Below, piece after piece: positions 36,191-49,695 of a DNA stretch of 64,000 nt. The DNA comes from Squalus acanthias (taxonomy: Eukaryota). Within the stretch, counting starts at the first letter, position 1, and the number at the start of each line of letters is the position of its first letter. Position numbers and translations under genes: made by a program. The notes beneath the pieces were generated by a model. The model did not search any database and was not told the DNA's origin. It saw only the letters and a program-made list of their open reading frames with translations. The stretch is from assembly GCA_030390025.1 (NCBI GenBank), contig CM059432.1, positions 87,546,001 through 87,610,000 on the forward strand, given 5' to 3'.

Positions 36191-37596
36191 CTTACACTGA
36201 CTAGTGGAAATAATCTAAGTACAGTACCTATGTTATAAGGAAAAGAAAGACATTTGAGTAGTACATTTATACCAGAGTGATTCTACTCATAAACAATAAT
36301 CAGAATTTTCTCCTTCTAAACTTTGTAAAAGTCTAGCATGTGACTGAAATCATTTTACCAATTAGCGGGAGCTGTAGGACCTATTTTCTGGACCTGGTGA
36401 TGAAACATTAAGACCAAAGTGTAGTGCACTTAGTGCTTACCAGTATCAGCTGGACTAGCTTGGAAGATTTCTTGAGGTCACCTTCATTATGTGCACATAG
36501 CAAGCTTCCAGCCTGGGTTAAGCCTGCTGGCAGAAGGTTGCTGTCAGTGGAGGGTGGGTATTAGAAGCTTAGAGTATTTCCTTAGATATTCCATTGGCTA
36601 CAGGGGTGCTGATAGCTGTTGTAAGTGGTCTGAGAATCTTACATTTAGGAGTGTGCCCATACTGCCCAATATCTAAGTATATGATAGTCTAACTCAGGGC
36701 TGTACCAATAGACCACCTTGTGATCTGAACCAGATATTTGTGTCTTTCATACAAACCCCCTTGAGCTTCTCCAATCTTCTTGAAGGCAGACAGAGAAAGC
36801 ATCTGGCAAGACGAGATCAGATAGGAATTGTTAAGCTGCTTTATTTCACAGCAATTGAACATACAGGGCAAAAGTTATGATCAAACTTACTAGAGGAAGA
36901 ACTTGTCTTCACACTAACTTTATTATAATGACAGAGAATTTGGAACAGAATTAATCAACTTTTTGGGTGGGGACACAACTGATGCTGAATAAAAATGGCC
37001 TGATTTTAGGAACAAATTAAACCGCAGCGAATACATGTACAAAGTCAAAAGAAGGGCGTGTGGTAAGGAGAAGTCAAGGTGACTGACTGGTCAGGTACAA
37101 AGACAAATAAGACATAAAGAAAAATGTTTCTATAAACTAAAAGTACATAATATCCAGCAAAACAAAGACAAGTACTGTGAACAATTAAAGAAACTAAGGT
37201 TGCTATTAGATCAGCTAAAAGGTTAATGGAAAATAGGATAGTGGACAACTGTGGTAGTAATGGGAAAAGTTTTATTAGCTACGATAAGAGTCAGGGTCAG
37301 TCAAAGACTGTACTGGGTCACTGAATGATGCTTAAGGACAGGTTAGAAAGGACTCTCAGGGTATGGTTGAGATACTAAATGGTACGGTGCATTGGTCTTT
37401 ACTCTTGAAGATGATACTCAACTGACAGCATCAAGTGGTGCTGTTCACAGTAAATTTGTTAATATTAAAATTGGTCACTTTCTGTCTTTCATTTTCATAT
37501 GTTTGTTATTTTCATGTGTTTGTAATAATGCAAAACAATGAACTTACTATAGCTTTCATCTCCATTTAAAAAAACTGTTTGCTTTAAAAACTCATT

Positions 37597-38310
37597 GGGC
37601 CATAATTTGCTGGCAAAGTAATGGTGAGGCTAATAGCGTTGCCGTTGTTTATGCGCAAATGCTACAGAAATTTCAGGCGAAGGCAGATGCACGGTTAAAC
37701 ACAGAAATCCAGAAGTTGTTGTCGGTGATGTGCCGCTCCGCTGTTAGCTTTGCGAAAACGGCTTTTTGCTGTCTGGCTCACCATTGAAATGCATTGAATG
37801 GCGTAAAGTTGCTGTACTTGTGCGTTAGATACAAACTAAACTCGCCACAGAAAGTTAAGTCTTGTCCATTTCAAGTCTAAGTAGCCTTTTAAAGACTTGA
37901 TAAGTGTTAACTACTGCCAGTTGACCTCTCTGGCACTGAAAATTAACTATTATAAGTTGTGCAGTCTCAGTCCTTCAGGTTTTGATTGTTGTTGGAGATT
38001 TTAAAAATGTAAAATGTAAAGTTAAACTTTTTTAACTTTTCCTTTCTGTCTCTTTTCTCTCTTACTTGTAATCCAATTTTTCCTACCATCTCTTTTTCAC
38101 TTTCTGTACCGAATTTACCCACTTCCACTTCCTTCTATACAGATGCTTGCTCTGTTCACTCAGGTCCTCGATGCCCAGTTTTCCTCACTGCCCCGTTATC
38201 AGCTCGCACTTTCAGCAACTTGCCATGCCAAAATTTAAAAAATATAAAAGTGCAAGGGCAAGTCGAATGGCAGATGCCATTAGATGCCCTGCCACAGCAA
38301 ATTATAGCTC
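37597..38310. mobile_element. MITE with 16-bp imperfect TIRs
   Basis: GGGCCATAATTTGCTG / CAGCAAATTATAGCTC (14/16 match) and an AT-rich core. Confidence 0.75.
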
Positions 38311-38605
38311 AATCTATCTTTTAAATAACTTTAAAAAAATCCTTTTTGTGGAAACATGTCAAAATATTCAAAAACGCAACAGTGGGAAATGAAATGGTGC
38401 TGCATCTGTTTAAAGGGGTTACTGCAACAAAAACTAGAACTGACTGGCTAGTATGCAAAGCTCCTGTATTTGCAGATGCTGCTTTGAATATTCTTGCGCA
38501 AAAAGTACCACAAAGGAGGGTTGCTCTATTTGGGACTTTAGGGCACTCTCTCAACAGTAGAAATATACAGCCTGCTTGGCAGGAATTGGCGGACATCTTA
38601 TATGC

Positions 38606-38895
38606 TGTAGAATCATAGAAGCTTATGGCACAGAAGGAGGCCATTTGGCCCATCGTGTCTGTGCCGACCGCAAAGAGCTATCCAGCCTAATCCCACTTTC
38701 CAGCTTTTGGTCCGTAGCCCTGTAGGTTACTGCACTTCAAGTGCATATCCAAGTACTTTTTAAATGTGATTGTGGTTTCTGCCTCAACCACCCTTTCAGG
38801 CAGTGGGTTCCAGACCCCCACCACCCTCTGGGTGAAAATATTTCTCCTCAACTCCTCTCTAATCCTTCTACCAATTACTTTAAATCTATGCCCTT
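38606..38895 (-). mobile_element. CR1 3' fragment
   Basis: Same 3' UTR and tail as 29915-30142 and 4748-4955. Confidence 0.8.
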
Positions 38896-39293
38896 ATAAC
38901 TTTATTTGTGCCAAATAATCAAAAGTCATGGGTGCATATTATAAAAAAGGTTAATAACCTCAGAAAAATTGCAATGATAAGGCTAGCCAGAATTTCATCA
39001 TGCCAGCTAGATAAGCAAACTGTGCATGCTGAAAAGAATTTCCTCTCACCCTTTTAAACCCTCAGAAAGCAACTCTTTCCAACTTTCAGTACAAGCCAAT
39101 ATTGCATCAGGCACATTTTATCACTCCAATTTCAACCTGGAACTGTTGGATTAAAATTTGTAAAGATGAGCACACACACCAACCTTACAATACAACCTAT
39201 TTCTATGATCCATGCTTCTTGACACATGTGCACATTTGGAATGCTGGACACTTAGGTGTTACTCGATGTGTTCTTCAAGCTTCTCAAATCTAC

Positions 39294-40310
39294 GGCCCTG
39301 ACTTTTCACAATGTTAGTTACACCGTAGTTACGCTGTTATTGCATTGGAAAGTTACAGCGCTCAGCAGCAGAGGGAGTTACAAGCACATTTCCTGGGTAA
39401 GATAATTAGCACATGAACTGGTGTAAGTATTATCATGATGTGTAAAACTAGTGTAAGTAACTGAACCCCCAGGAAACGTGAGTGTAATACTGGTGTAACT
39501 GTTTAAAATCACTCTGCAGACTCCATTCCTCAGCATAACCCTGGGAGTGTTTTCTCTCTGAGTTCTGCTCAAATCTCTCCACTCCATTTATAACTCACAT
39601 CTTTACTCTATATTGGTAACCAAATGGCAATGTAGCTGGTGCCTGTGTTCACTGGGCAAGCAGGCAGAAGAGGTGGAAGAAGAAGATCAGTGAACTTCTC
39701 GGAGGAGGACTTTTATGCCCTTTTAGACAAGGTGAAGGAAAGGAGGCACCGTCTCTTGGGACAGTGCACCTCCAAGCCTAGCAGAGCAGTCAGCCGTGCT
39801 GCCTGGAGGAGGTGACACTGGCACTTAAGGCTAAATCCCTTACTCCTAAGACAGCAGAGCAGTGCAGGAAAAAAATTGATGATCTCACCAGATCTGGCAA
39901 GGTAAGGCACTCACAGTGGTTTTCCTTTCTTCCTTGCTCACCATGGGCAACACCACAGTATTCACCTGTTCAAACTATACTCACACTTCTAATCCTTCAT
40001 TCTGCACTCTGGTTACGGGAATCTTCTAACTTCCTGTCCTGCATTATGGCTACACACCTCCCCCAACACACAAAATTACCTTGCACAATTCCCAAAACAT
40101 CTTCCTCCATTCTACCATCTTCATACCCCCCACATCTCTTAGTTCACCTTTCCCATCACATAGGCTGCAGACTTCTGCACTGCTAGCCTTACCCTCACTT
40201 ACTTATGTCGTTTCAGGAGCAGCTGGCCCACAATGCAAGACAGACCACTGGGCATATCAACACTGTGCCCCCTCACCCCGCATAAGAAGAAGGCTGTAGC
40301 AGTGCTGGAC
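39294..40310 (+). mobile_element. Harbinger relic, left end with a Myb-domain exon
   Basis: NFSEEDFYALLDKVKERRHRLLG...AW...KTAEQCRKKIDDLTRSGK|gtaagg (donor at 39902). Confidence 0.75.
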
Positions 40311-40945
40311 CAGCCACATAAATGCCGTGGCTACATAATTAGGACAGAGGCTGGGTATTCTGCGATGAATGGCTCACCATCTGATTTCTCAAAGCCTCTC
40401 CATCATCTACAAGGCACAAGTCAGGAGTGGGATGGAATACTCTCCACTTGCCTGGATGGCTGCAGCTCCAACACCATTCAAGAAGCTCGTCACCATGCAA
40501 ATTAAAGCAGTCTGCTTGATGGGCATCCCATCCTGCATGTTAAATATCCACTCCCTTCATCACCAGCACACTGTGGCTTCAGTGTATATTTTCTACAGGA
40601 TGCAGTACAGCAACTCGGTAAGGCTTCTTCAACAGCACCTCTGAAACCTGCAACCTCTACCACCTAGAAGGACATGGGCAGCAGGTGCATGGGAAAACCA
40701 TCATCTTCAAGTTCCCCTCCAAGTCACACATTATCTTGGCTTGGACATGTATCACTGTTCCTTCATTGTCGCTGGGTCAAAATCCTGGAAATTCCTAACT
40801 AGCAGCACTGTGGGAGTAGCTTCACCACACTGACTGGTTCAAGAAGAAGGCCCATCACCACCTTCTTAAGGGAAACTAGGGATGGACAATAAATGCCAGC
40901 CTTGCCAGCGATGCTCACATCCCAGGAATGAATATTAAAAAGAAA
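40310..40945 (+). mobile_element. Non-LTR retrotransposon 3' fragment (family of 34709-36107)
   Basis: YKAQVRSGMEYSPLAW...LNIHSLHH. Confidence 0.85.
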
Positions 40946-41286
40946 ATCATGATTGGCCAGCAAGCTATTAATGCTATAAGCATGGCAGTAGCCAGATTGA
41001 ATAGGAAGTTTTGGGAGAGATGGGCATAAAGTTGGGAAGCATCTTGCACTTTCAAGGACCTTAGAAAGGACAGATAGGTCAGAGTTAGGGTGATAATTGA
41101 AGAGGACAGATGGATTGGAGGTAAGCATTTTGCGGAGCTGTGTGATGATGGCTGTTTTGAAAAGGAGAGGGATGGTGCGTGAACAAAGAGAACCATTTAC
41201 AATGTTGGCAAGCATAGAGCCAGAAGGGGTAGTTGAGTGTTAGGTGCTGAGTGGCAAGGGGATTGAGGGAGCAGAAGGTGGGTCTC

Positions 41287-44200
41287 AACAACAACAACTT
41301 GTATTTATATAGCGCCTTTAACGTAGTAAAACATCCCAAGGCGCTTCACAGGAATATTATAAGACAAAAATTTGACAACGAGCCACATAAGGAGAAATTA
41401 GGGCAGATGACCAAAAGCTTGGTCAAAGAGGTGGTTTTAAGGAATGTCTTAAAGGAGGAAAGAGAGGTAGCGAGGCGGAGCGGTTTAGGCAGGGAATTCC
41501 AAAGCTTAGGGCCTAGGCAACAGAAGGCACGGCCACCAATGGTTGAGCAATTATAATCAGGGATGCTCAAGAGGGCAGAATTAGAGGAGCGCAGATATCT
41601 CAGGGGGTTGTGGGGCTGGAGGAGATTACAGAGATAGGGAGGGGCGAGGCCATGGAGAGATTTGAAAACAAGGATGAGAATTTTGAAATCGAGGCGTTGC
41701 TTAACCATTGCAGGTCAGTGAGCACAGGGGTGATGGATGAACGGGACTTGGTGTGAGTTAGGACACGGGCAGCCGAGTTTTGGATGACCTCAAGTTTACG
41801 CAGGGCAGAACGTGGGAGGCCAGCCAGGAGTGCGTTGGAATAGTCAAGTCTAGAGGTAACAATTTTAACATTTCAGTACTTTGACAGGGGCGGAAACCTG
41901 ATTGAATGAATTCAAACATGAAGTTCCGGGAAAGATCGGCACGAATTTGGGAGGCGCCAACATGTTCAATGACTTTGGAGGGGAAAGGGAGGTTGGAGAT
42001 GGGGCGGTAGTTTGCAAGGACGGAGGGGTCCGTGATTGTTTTTTTGAAGAGAGGGGTGATGATGGCAGATTTGAGGGAGAGGGGACAGTACATGAGGAGA
42101 GAGAACCATTAACAATATCAGCTAACATGGGAGCCAGTAAAGGAAGTTGGGTGGTCAGCAGTTTGGTGGGAATAGGGTCAAGGGAGCAGGAAGTGAGTCT
42201 CATGGACAGAATGAGCATGGAGAGGTCATGAGGGGAGAGTGGAGAGAAACTGGAGAAAGTGTAAGGGGTCAACGGTACTGGTGCGAGGTTAGGCCTTCGT
42301 TGCCTATACTATTGCTTGCTCTGGTCTCCGGCCAGCCTTTTTGCAATAAGCACCTGTGAGTGGTTCGACCCACTCGCCCTTACGGTTCTGACACCTGGAC
42401 TTAGATGCAAGGAGCAGTAATGCAGAGAAAACTCAAATAGACCCGGTTGAATAGCACAAAATGAATATCTTTATTGCATGGCGTCTAAAATCATGAAATA
42501 CATGTCATAGGCGCAGATCAAAGAGAGTACAAGTATACACACGTTCATAAAACTTGGTCTATGGAAATGAGGAACACACGACACATCGTAAAAAGGGGAA
42601 CACATTATACATTAACCTTAGAAAAACCACCCTCCCTCAATATACCTAAACTACGTCTGGATTTGTAGGATCGGAAAACATGCTCACCACTCGGTTCACT
42701 TTGGAAATTTAAAGTGAGGCACTCAGCTCGTTTCGCTGCAGCGCCTGACTGTCACGTGTTTGGAAGGGTTTCTGCACCCCACTTGTTTACTCTCGCTGCC
42801 GCGAAAGGCAAGCCAGACTCCCTGATGTCATGAAGCAATCGATGGACTCAAACCGGATCGTGAAGTAGTTCGTAGAATTCAAAGGAAACGGTACATGTAG
42901 AAGTCGGTAGAATTCAAAGATGAGTTCTGTCGTTATATTTTCGGGCGCGGTCGGGGTTTACTGACCGTGGCGGCACGTGGAATTTCTTCTCGTCTTTCTT
43001 CTCGTCTTTCGTCTCGTCACTCGGGCCTCCGGGTCCGGACACCGTTTACCGACACTCGGGATGGTGTACCCTGTTACTTGCCCTATCGAGGCGGTTCATT
43101 CCGATTGAGCTCCACCCAACACTCGAATAACCGACCAGCACGGCTAAGAGTCAAGAGTCAAGAGAGTCCAGCAAGAGCTTCAGGAAGAGTCCAGACAAAA
43201 TCAAGAGCCCAGAGTCAAGGAAGAGTTCAGGAAGAGACCGATGGACATTTGTCCTCTATAGTTATACTGTTATGTCGGCCTTATCTCCTGCTCAAATCTA
43301 AATGTTATCCTTTGTGTGATTTTGGCGCTCAAAACTCCCAGCATGGGGCGATTATCTTCTTAACGGGTTTCGGTAGCACCTGAAACTGGCCAACTATCCG
43401 TTAATACCTTCTCCATTGTTGAGCCAGCCAGGATGTGTATGAATCGTCTCCTCGACTGGTTTTGGGGCCCCCCGAATACTGGCTTAATCACCCGCCAATG
43501 TCTCTCTCATTGTTGAGCCGGGGGGGTATTTGTGTATTGATGTGTCTGGATGGGCCTTCGATTGCCCAGTTCAATGATCCTTACTGTGCGTAGGAAATGA
43601 TTCCAGCACTTATATCATTGCTATTGTTCAAAATGCAAACGGGTTGCATCCTGTCTTTATCAATGTGTACCGAGTACGATCCAATCTCATACTGAATGTA
43701 TATTCGACGCCATCTTGTCTGCCCACTGTGTCTCTGGAAGCTTCTGCCATGATGTGCGGCGGCCATTTTACAGGCTTCTGCGTCCTGTATTATCAGGACA
43801 GCATTTCGTTTAATAAAATTATAAATTGAATCTGCTTCTCTCATGTTATTTTGAATCGCGATAATTGCGAAACTCTACAAAAGATGTGAGTTCAAGGCTA
43901 GGGCAGGGGGGAACCTTAGAGGAAGTTTGACCCGGTGGGATAGGAGAAGGAAGGGAAGTGGCAGAGGCAGCTGAACGGATGGTCTCAATCTTAGAGACAA
44001 AGAAGTCCATGAGCTCCTCATACTTGTTGTCGAAGGTAAGGGTGGAGGAGACAGGGAAGAGGGGTTTAAGAAGACGGCTAGCAGTAGAGAATAGAAGCTG
44101 GGGTTTATCTTTGCATTCCAGAATGATTCTGGAATAGTGAGCAGTTTTGGCAGACGAGAGCAGAACCTGATAATGCTTTATGTGGTCCAGCCAGATCTGG

Positions 44201-46000
44201 TGGTGAATGGCTAAACCAGTTGTCCGCCATATCCGTTCAAGTCTGCGTCCCTTGGACTTAAGGAGCGAAGATGAGGGCTGTACTGGGGAAACGGCCAAGG
44301 TGAGAGAGGGTAATTGATTTAATTGGGACGAGGGCATCATAGGTGGTGGTGAGGGTATGGTTGAGCAGATCGGTAGCTGCAGAAATGTCGTGGTAAATGG
44401 AGGGCCAGAGGCTGGACAATGGGGATTTCAGAAATGCAGTTGTAAGAGAGTTGGGAGAGAGTTTTTACCAGGGGCGGACACAGAAGGATGTAGGGTTGAG
44501 GTGGCGGGGGGGGGGGATGTGGTGGAAGAGGGCTGTGGGTAGAAAGCAATACGAGGAAATGGTCAGAGATGGCCTTATCTGCAATTGACACAATGGGAGT
44601 AGCGAGGCCACGAGAGATGGCAAGGTTAAGGGGGTGGCTGTGAATATGGGTTGGGGGTATTTACATGGGGGGAGAAATTAAGGGAAGATAGGAGGGTAGT
44701 GATCTCAGAGGAGAGAGAGCATGATGAATTGAGATGGAGGTTGAAATCACCGAGGATGAGAAGTCGTTCGGTGCAGAGGCTGAGGGAGGAAAGCAGTGAA
44801 GATATCTCGGTAATAACATCTTTTATGGTACTTGGGTGGGCGGTAGAGAACGAGAATTTTGAATGCGAGGTGAGGGGGTGGAAAAAGGTGAGATGCTCAA
44901 AGGAGGAGGAAGTGCCGGCGGAGTAGGGGGACAGACCAAACTGTGATATGGTAATGAGAGCCGCACCGCCACCACGGCAAGTGGTGGAATGTATAGCCTG
45001 GTGGGGAGGCTTCATTTAAGGGGAAGGTGTCATCGCCCCTCAGCCAGGTTTCCGTCAGGGCTGTGATGTCAATGCAATCATCCACAATAAGCTCATGGAT
45101 GGCAAGAGCCTTGTTCACAAGTGAACGGACATTCTGGAGGGAGATGCGGAGAGGGGAGGTGATAGTTGATCCGCTGCCAGAGTCCACAGGGTCAGCACTG
45201 GGAGGGATGAGTTGGACGGGGAGGAGATTGGCAGGATTAGCCCCCAACAGGCGCGCTGGGTGGGAAGCTCGGCGAGAGAGTAGGATGGGACAGTTGGGGT
45301 TGCTGCTCATGAGGAGGCAGTGACGAGTGCCACGGTGGACCTTTTGGAGGATGCCAAGAGAGGCACAGAGGGAAGCTGTAGGCTTATCCAAGAGGGAGTC
45401 AAGCCTGGATGGTGGCAGGAGTGTAAGAAGGTTGAGGAGTAATGAAGGATTGGTGTAGGAATTTGGGAGGGCAGAGTATCCGAGAGAGGAGAGATGAAAG
45501 GAGGCATGACGACAAGAGAGAGCAGTCAGGGAGGGATAGAGAGAAAAGGAAAAGGGGGGAGAAAAATGTGGAAATAGAAGTGAACTGCTCAGTCTGGAGT
45601 GGCAGCCAAAATGCGCACACGAATGGACACAGGGAAAAACTCAAGTTACATAGGCCTGGTTATGTAATAATTAATGGGATACATATTTCCTGATAGCAGG
45701 GAATAGGTTGGAGATAATAGTAGGAAGACCAGAGTTAAAGTCAGAGATCCCATGGAGGGATAAAGTTGATGTAGGTAGAATGGAATCGGCATGGACCATC
45801 GACGAACTGTTGTCCATGTTTGGAGACAGGTGTAGCAGGCGAGTGAAGTACAGAAGCTATTTGAAGGGTAGAGAATTGGAGGATGGAGGTTATTGTCATA
45901 GGAATAAGAATCGGTTGCGGTGCAGAAAGATGATGGTGAAATTGACGCAAGTTGGAGGTCGCCATAGATCAAAAGCAGAGGAGAAAATGTAAAACCACAA
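41287..46000 (-). mobile_element. Long L2 LINE (APE endonuclease to 3' tail, RT core deleted near 41865), split by a solo LTR
   Basis: LQNVRSLVNK...ALTETWL, LLILGDFNLH, ISDHFL, NYRPISNLPF, RAFCCLGPKLWNSLP. (aac)n tail at 41287. The 5' boundary is uncertain. Confidence 0.88.
42260..43879 (-). mobile_element. Solo LTR (1620 bp) with a 4-bp TSD
   Basis: TGTAAGG...CTCTACA termini with AAAG on both flanks. Interrupts L2 gagaaag|atg (compare 30901-30920). AATAAA on the minus strand at 42470-42475. Confidence 0.85.
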
Positions 46001-46933
46001 GTCAACGACCAGCAAAGCTGAAAAACCAGTAGAACGAGTTACCGGACAGCAGTGAAACAGCAGCTGCTAGCCAGAAGCCAACAATGCTGAAAAACCAGTA
46101 GAACCAGCTCAGCAGAGAGACAGACGCAGTTTAAAAGTTATTGAAAAAATCTTTTAGCAGTAGAATAAGAGACACAGCAGATGAGTCTTACAGTGTAATC
46201 CAGTGCAGTCCAGTGCAGAAGCGTAGTCTAGACATCCAGAGAAGTCCAGGAGTTCGGAAACCAATTTGAAAAAAGAATTCAGCAGCTTAAAACTTGAAGC
46301 GACTGAGTGGCAGAGCAGAGTCACAACATCTGAGTTAAACAGTGTCGTCCAGTCCTGATGACAGAGGAATCCAGGTGACTGGGAAGTCAAATTTCAGCAG
46401 AGTTCCAGCAGTTGAAAGGAGTTCAGTCACAACAGAGAAGAAGCAGAGTCGGGGGTGGGGTGGGCAGTGGGCTCTGCACAGGTAGCTTTAAACTTATAGT
46501 TTGAACTTGTAGTTTGGGCTAAAATGCATCCACTATCAGAGTGAGGGTATCTTAAGCAATGGAAGAAAGGAGATTGGGGGAAGAAAGGGCGAAGGATGGC
46601 AATGGATGACCAAGGATACAGTTGCAGAGGGGAACAACTCAGTAAGGATCTGTCGGCCCAGGATCCATCTTGTTAGATGGTAGAGGTGAGTTTTGTGAGA
46701 GCCTATGGTGGGGGTGGGGGTTGACAGAGTGACAGGGATTGGAGTTAAGATGCAGGGTTGGGCGGGGAAATTGGGGAATGTCTGGGACAGTGGGGACAGG
46801 AGGAGGGGATACAATAGAGGCAGCTGTTGCATGGTGGCTCTCAATGTAAGAGGCAAAATAGTTATAACATTATGAGTATGATCCCACTTACATTTAAAGA
46901 AGCCCCTTAGTCAATTCAAAGTTAATGTTATGA

Positions 46934-47695
46934 TAACATCAAATGTTAGAAGAGCATGGCATGTTGCTCCATGTATTAAACAATACCAGTTATTGAACCT
47001 TCTGATCATAAAGACTTACGCTAATATTATAATAAAACATTATGACTGACAAAGTAAGGATATATATGATTGTAGTAAAATCCTTTAAGTCAGATGCGCA
47101 TTAGAGGCAAAGTACTTGGCCAAAGCAACATCTTAAACTTAGTACAATGCACAAAAGTTGAAAACTTAAAACCAGATGTACTGGCAGTCAGTTGCTCCTG
47201 TCTGAACCTTGTAACTGTTCCACATCCATATGCAATGTGCCTAATTTCATAATATTTGGTGAATAATGATGCCTTGTGTTTCTTTATTACTTGTAAGAAA
47301 AATATTGTTCGTTTTTCTTCATTTAAAATGTAATGACAGGACATCAGTCATGTTGCTAGCTGTTGAAAAGATTATTTCAACCATAATTAAACTGGCAGGA
47401 CTACCCAGGTATATCCTCTCTATATAACTTTCCTGAATGTATGGCTATTAGGCTAAGATCCATACAACTTATGAAACTGTGTTGGATGAAAGGTGTCAGT
47501 TACAGATCCTTATTGACTAGAAACAATAAATCACTAAAAGGTGTTGTCTGCATACTGTGTTCTTTCCAGTCTCTTATGGCAACCTCATTATAATTGCTGT
47601 GCTTCAGTGCAATGTCTTTATGATCAGAAGCTTCAGTAACTGGCATCGTTTAATACACAGCGCTACATGCCATGCTCTTCTAAAACTTGACGTTA
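46934..47695. repeat. Diverged long inverted repeat (arms 46934-47015 and 47614-47695)
   Basis: tagaagagcatggcatgt...ttctgatcataaagac matches the reverse complement of the right arm. Confidence 0.85.
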
Positions 47696-48734
47696 TTTGT
47701 GTTTAATTTCGAGACCTAAGAATGATAGATCCTTAAAATTATGACTTAAAAATGACCAGGTTCATTCCTTATTGTCAAAGGATGATTTGGAGTGCATTTG
47801 ACTTTACGATGAGTGTTTTGAGAATACGAGTGTTTTATTACCCATCTGTCGGATGGATTTTGCAGGAAAGCGTGGAGGCAAGGTAAGAAACCAGACACAG
47901 GCACATTGTTTTCTCATCAGAACCTATGGTGGCAAAATTCAGTGAAGTGAGAAAATGTCATAATTTCTGACATGTGTTTACAAAAAGCCAGTTAAAGTTT
48001 TCTTTCAAACTGTGCGTCAATGGATTTTCCAATGCAAAATTCACAGAGTCATTTTTGTCCATTACATTTTATAAATATAACCAGCATACTATACCAAAAA
48101 ACAGACATGACTGAATTCATGCCATACATAATTCAATGATTTCTGTTTTTCAGTGTGAGTAGCTACTGTACAATGGTGGAAATAGCCAAAAGTTCCCTAA
48201 GGATGTTGCAGATCGCCTTTCATATATAACTAGAGTGCATGACCTACATTGCACATTCTTATTTGGTCTTACTGTGTTTTTGTCAGTGACAATTTACTAC
48301 AATAATTTGCTGTGCTTTTCTAATGTGTATTATGTTTGTAAAATACTGTTCACTAGTTTCAAGTTGCCATTTATGCAGTGTTCAGTTTTATAGCTACAAT
48401 TTACATGCATTGCATATCTGTGAAAGGTCAGTTTGCACATAAACTTATGGTAATAACATAAGTGGTGGCAAGGAAGGTGATAAGGAAGGTGTAGAAGAGA
48501 AGGAAGGGGTGGAAGAGTTGAGATTTGTTCAGCAAGCATCAGGTATTGTTTGAGCGCTGAGCTTTCGTGCTGGGTGCATCCAAAAGTTGCTGATTGAACA
48601 CATGGACAGTATGGAGAAGCTCTTTGACTCCATCCTAAGGTAATAGAAAGGATGGGTGGCTGGTTGTCTGGTATTGGTGAGACATCAGCACTATTTGCAA
48701 CTGTAGTGGCCACCATAGTTGATTCAATGTCAGC

Positions 48735-49187
48735 CCAGTAGTAGCACTGGCACCTCTGAGACAGAGTTCGCGGGTTCAAGGTTCACTCCAGAGACTTGAG
48801 CACATAATCTAGGTTGACATTCCGGTGCAGTACTGAGGGAGGGCTGCACTGTCGGAGGTGCTGTCTTTTGGATGATATGTTAAATCGAGGCCCTGTCTGC
48901 CATCTCAGGTGGACGTATGAGATCCCACGGCACTATTTTGAAGAAAAAAAGAGGAGCTCTCCTGGTCTCCTAGCCAATATTTATCCCTCAACCGACATCA
49001 CTAAAACAGATTATCCAGTCATTACCTCACAGCTGTTTGTGGGAGCTTGCTGTGCGCAGATTGGCTGCCGTCTTTCCTACATTACAACAGTGATCACACT
49101 TCAAAAGTATTTCATTGGCGGTAAAGCACTTTGGGACATCCTGAGGTCATGAAAGCTGCTATACAAATGCAAGTCTTTCTTTCTTTC
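48735..49187 (+). mobile_element. Near-complete Deu-domain tRNA-derived SINE
   Basis: B box GGGTTCAAG, core ggtggacgtatgagatcccacggcactatttt, tail ctttgggacatcctgagg...aaatgcaagtctttc. Confidence 0.88.
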
Positions 49188-49695
49188 ATTGGGGAGGAAA
49201 TCAGGAGCCTCTGAGAGGAGCATTGTTTTGTCCTCCAGCAGAGGAGTGTTTCTCTGAAGGGGAGGCTTTCCATTTGCAAGTACAGGCACAGAAAAAATCA
49301 GATGGTGAAGTATCAGCATGAGTTCAGGCCCTGTCCAGAAACACTCCTGAAAGCAGATGTACTCTAGCAACTCAAGCACAGGAATTTCCTGGCAGTGCTG
49401 AAGGAATATCAGTGGTAGGTGCCATGCCAGTCAGAACAAACCCAGAGACAATAGCCCCAGTTCCCAGCTTCTGGCTCTTTACCAGAGGAGCACTAGATCA
49501 GGGCAAGCAATACTGTACATAGAGGAAAGCAAGTAGTGGTAAGCACACGTAGAGGATACAATGAGGTCATAATATGTGCACATAGGCGTTACATTCATAC
49601 AGACCTAAACTCATATCAAAAAATGCAACTCTCATAAACAGAATAACATCAAGAATAATACTCCCTGCCATTAAAAGCTACAACACAAAGACAAT

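Noticed and set aside
36400..37470. Possible unique coding region
   Set aside because: No sustained ORF. It looks like a very old CR1-type remnant.
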